Assembly (NCBI RefSeq): GCF_009914755.1
Contig: NC_060948.1
Source: the human T2T-CHM13v2.0 reference genome, Homo sapiens
Length of the DNA stretch: 64,000 bases
Direction: 5' to 3' (one strand)
The notes under the pieces were generated by a model. The model saw only the letters and a list, made by a program, of their open reading frames with translations, did not search any database and had not been told where the DNA came from. Made by a program: the position numbers and the translations under genes. Position 1 is the stretch's first letter; each line of letters begins with the position of its first letter. This document shows, piece by piece, positions 61,101 to 64,000 of this stretch.

Positions 61101-64000
61101 AATGCAATGGAATGGAATGTATTAGAATGTAATGAACTTTAATGGAATGTACTCGAATGGATTCGACTGGAATGGAATGTTCTGGAAGTGAATGGACTCC
61201 AATGGAATGGATTCAAAAGGAATGGAATCGTACGGAATGGAATCTAATGGAATGCAATTAAATGGAAATGAATCAAATTGAATAGCACGGAATTGAATTG
61301 AATGGAATGGAATGCAATGGAATCTAATGAAACGGAAAGGAAAGGAATGGAATGGAATGGAATGGGCTGGAATGGAAAGGAATCGAAACGAATGGAATGG
61401 AATCGAACTGAAGAGACTGGAATGGAATGCACTGGAATGGAAGGGAGTGTAATGGAAGGTTCTCGAAAAAAATGGAATCGAATGGAATGGAATTGAATGG
61501 AACGGAATAGAGTCGAATGGAATTGAATGGAATGGAATGGACTAGAGTGAAATGGAATCGAACCACAAGGAATGGACAGGAATAGAATGGTCTCGAATTG
61601 AATGGAATCGTATGGAATGGCATCAAACGGAATGGAATGGACAGCCACGGAATGGAATGCACTCGAATGCAATGGAGTCGAAACTAATGGACTGGAATAG
61701 AATGGACTCGACTGGTACGGACTGCAATGGAATGGAATCGAATGGAAGGGAATCGAACGGAATGGACTCGAAGGGAAAAGACTGCAATGGAAAGGTCTCG
61801 AATGGAATGGAAATTAATGGAATGGAATGGAATCGAATGAAATGGAGTCAAAAGGAATGGAATCGAATGGCAAGAAATCGAATGTAATGGAATCGCAAGG
61901 AATTGATGTGAACGGAACGGAATGGAATGGAATCCAAAGGAATGGAATAGAATGGAATGGAATCGAATGGAAAGGACTCGAATGGAAATCACTCGAATAG
62001 AATGCAATTTAATAAAATAGGATCAAATGTAATGGAATGGAATGGAAAGGAATCGAAACGAAAGGAATGGAGACAGATGGAATGGAATGGAACAGAGAGC
62101 AATGGTATAGAATGGAATGGAATCATCTGGAATGGAATTGAATGGAATGGAATAATATGAAATGGAATGGAATGGAATGGAATGGAATGCCCTTGAATTA
62201 AATGGACTGGAATGGAATGGACTCGAACAGAGTGGAATGGAAAGTGTTGAGATAGAATGGAATGGACTCCTTTGGAATGGTGTAGTATGCAATGCAATCG
62301 ACTGGCAGGGAATCAAAAGGAATGTAATGGAATGGACTGGACTGGAATGCAATGGACTCGTATAGATTGGAAACGGAATGCAAAGGAATGGAATGGAATA
62401 GTATGGAATGGAATGGAAAGGAATGGAGTGGAATAGACTAGAGTGGAATGGAATGGACTGGAAAGCAATGGACTGGAATGGAACTTTCTTGAATGGACTG
62501 GAATCAAACGGAATGGAATGCAATGCAATCAAATGGCATGGAATAAAATAGAATGAAAGAGAATCAAATGGAATTGAATCGAATGGAATCGAATGGATTG
62601 GAAAGGAATAGAATGGAATGGAATGGAATGGACTCAAATGGAATGTACTAGAATGGAATGGATTCGAATGGAAGGCAAAGGAATGGAATCTATTGGAATG
62701 GACTGTAATGGAATGGAATGGAAGGGATTGGAATGGACTCGAATGGAATGGACTGCAATAGAAAGGATTCGAATGGAATGAAAAAGAATTGAATGGAATA
62801 GAACAGAATGGAATCAAATCGAATGAAATGGAATGGAATAGAAAGGAATGGAATGAAATGGAATGGAAAGGATTCGAATGGAATGCAATCGAATGGAATG
62901 GAATCGAACGGAATGGAATAAAATGGAAGAAAACTGGCAAGAAATGGAATCGAAATGAATGGAGTGTTATGGAACGGACTCAAAAGGAATTGAATGTAAT
63001 AGAATGGAGTGGAGTGGACTCGAATATAATGGACTGGAATGGAATGAAATCACATGGAATGGGAACGAATGGAATGGAATGGAAAGGAATGGAATCGAAT
63101 GGAAAGGAATCGAATGGAAGGGAATGAAATTGAATCAACAGGAATGGAAGGGAATAGAATAGACGGTAATGGAATGGACTCGAATAGAATGGACACGAAT
63201 GCTCAAATTGAATGGACTCGAATGGAATGGAAACGAAAGGAATGTAATCGAATGGAATTGAATCGATTGGAATGAAATCGCACAGAATGGAGTGGAATCA
63301 AATGGAATTGAATCGAAAGGAAAGGAAGCCAATGGACTGAAATGAAATGGAATGGAATTGAATGGAAAGTAATGCAATGGAATAGAATGGAACGAAATTT
63401 CACGGAATGGAATCAAACTGAATGGAATCAAATCAATGGAATCAAATCAAATGGAATGGAAAGGAATTGAATGGAGTAGATTGGATTGGATGGGATTGGA
63501 ATGAAATGTACTGGAAAGGACTCGAATTTCATGAAACGGAATGGAATGAATTGGAACGGAATGGACTCGAATGGAATGGAATGTCATGGAATGGCATCAA
63601 ATGGAATGGCATCAAATGGAATGGAATCGAATGCAATGGAATGCTATGGAATGGAATGGAATGCATTGGAATGGAATGTCCTCTAATGGAATGGATTCGA
63701 GTGGAATGGAATCGAATATAATGGAGTCGAATGAAATGGAATTGAAAGGAATGGGATCGAATACAATGGAATATACTGGAATGTAATGTAATGAACTCGA
63801 ATGTAATTGACTGGAATGGAATGTACATGAATGGAATGTAATCGAATGGAAAGTAATCCAATGGAATAGAATCTAATGCAATAAAATCGACTCAGATAGA
63901 GTAGAATGTAATGGAATGGAGTGCAGTGCAATGGAATGGATTGGAATGGAATGCAATGGAATGGAATGGAATGGAATGGAATGGAATGGAATGGGATGGA
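16148..64000 (+). repeat. DYZ1: DYZ1 / HSat3 array: ~3.56-kb unit of degenerate (GGAAT)n pentamers, 13 full units plus a partial one
   Basis: The landmark atggactc(c/g)tttgg recurs at 16148, 19592, 23150, 26714, 30278, 33837, 37371, 40925, 44448, 48012, 51561, 55125, 58694 and 62262. Periods are 3444, 3558, 3564, 3564, 3559, 3534, 3554, 3523, 3564, 3549, 3564, 3569 and 3568 bp. The modal 3564 bp, a conserved HaeIII site per unit (first at 18149) and a nearby EcoRI site (first at 18110) match the classic DYZ1 unit. The GGAAT strand is on + throughout, with no inversion seen. Confidence 0.96.

Noticed and set aside
16199-63931. Hundreds of MEWNG-type and FHSIP-type ORFs, up to 305 aa
   Set aside because: Pure (GGAAT)n and (ATTCC)n have no stop codon in any frame, so long overlapping ORFs on both strands are expected by chance. 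They break at different places in different units.

Overview
This window is entirely non-coding primate satellite DNA, and its structure matches human Yq12 heterochromatin. It captures one boundary between two satellite blocks. Bases 1-16148 hold about 6.7 tandem copies of the ~2.4-kb DYZ2 (HSat1B) composite unit: an antisense, nearly full-length Alu, a ~580-bp HSATI-type segment and ~1.55 kb of AT-rich low-complexity sequence. At 16148 it switches, with no spacer, to about 13.5 copies of the ~3.56-kb DYZ1 (HSat3) unit built from degenerate GGAAT pentamers, which run to the window end. No protein-coding gene, RNA gene or CRISPR array is supported; every ORF in the track is a repeat-translation artefact. 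I found no new gene system. The points of interest concern array evolution: the base-precise junction, diverged units on both sides of it, a possible relic 3-unit higher-order period in DYZ1, a young homogeneous DYZ1 variant that has lost the classic EcoRI site, and cryptic 26-bp sub-structure in the DYZ2 AT-rich segment. Family names come from recognising sequence features, not from a database search.
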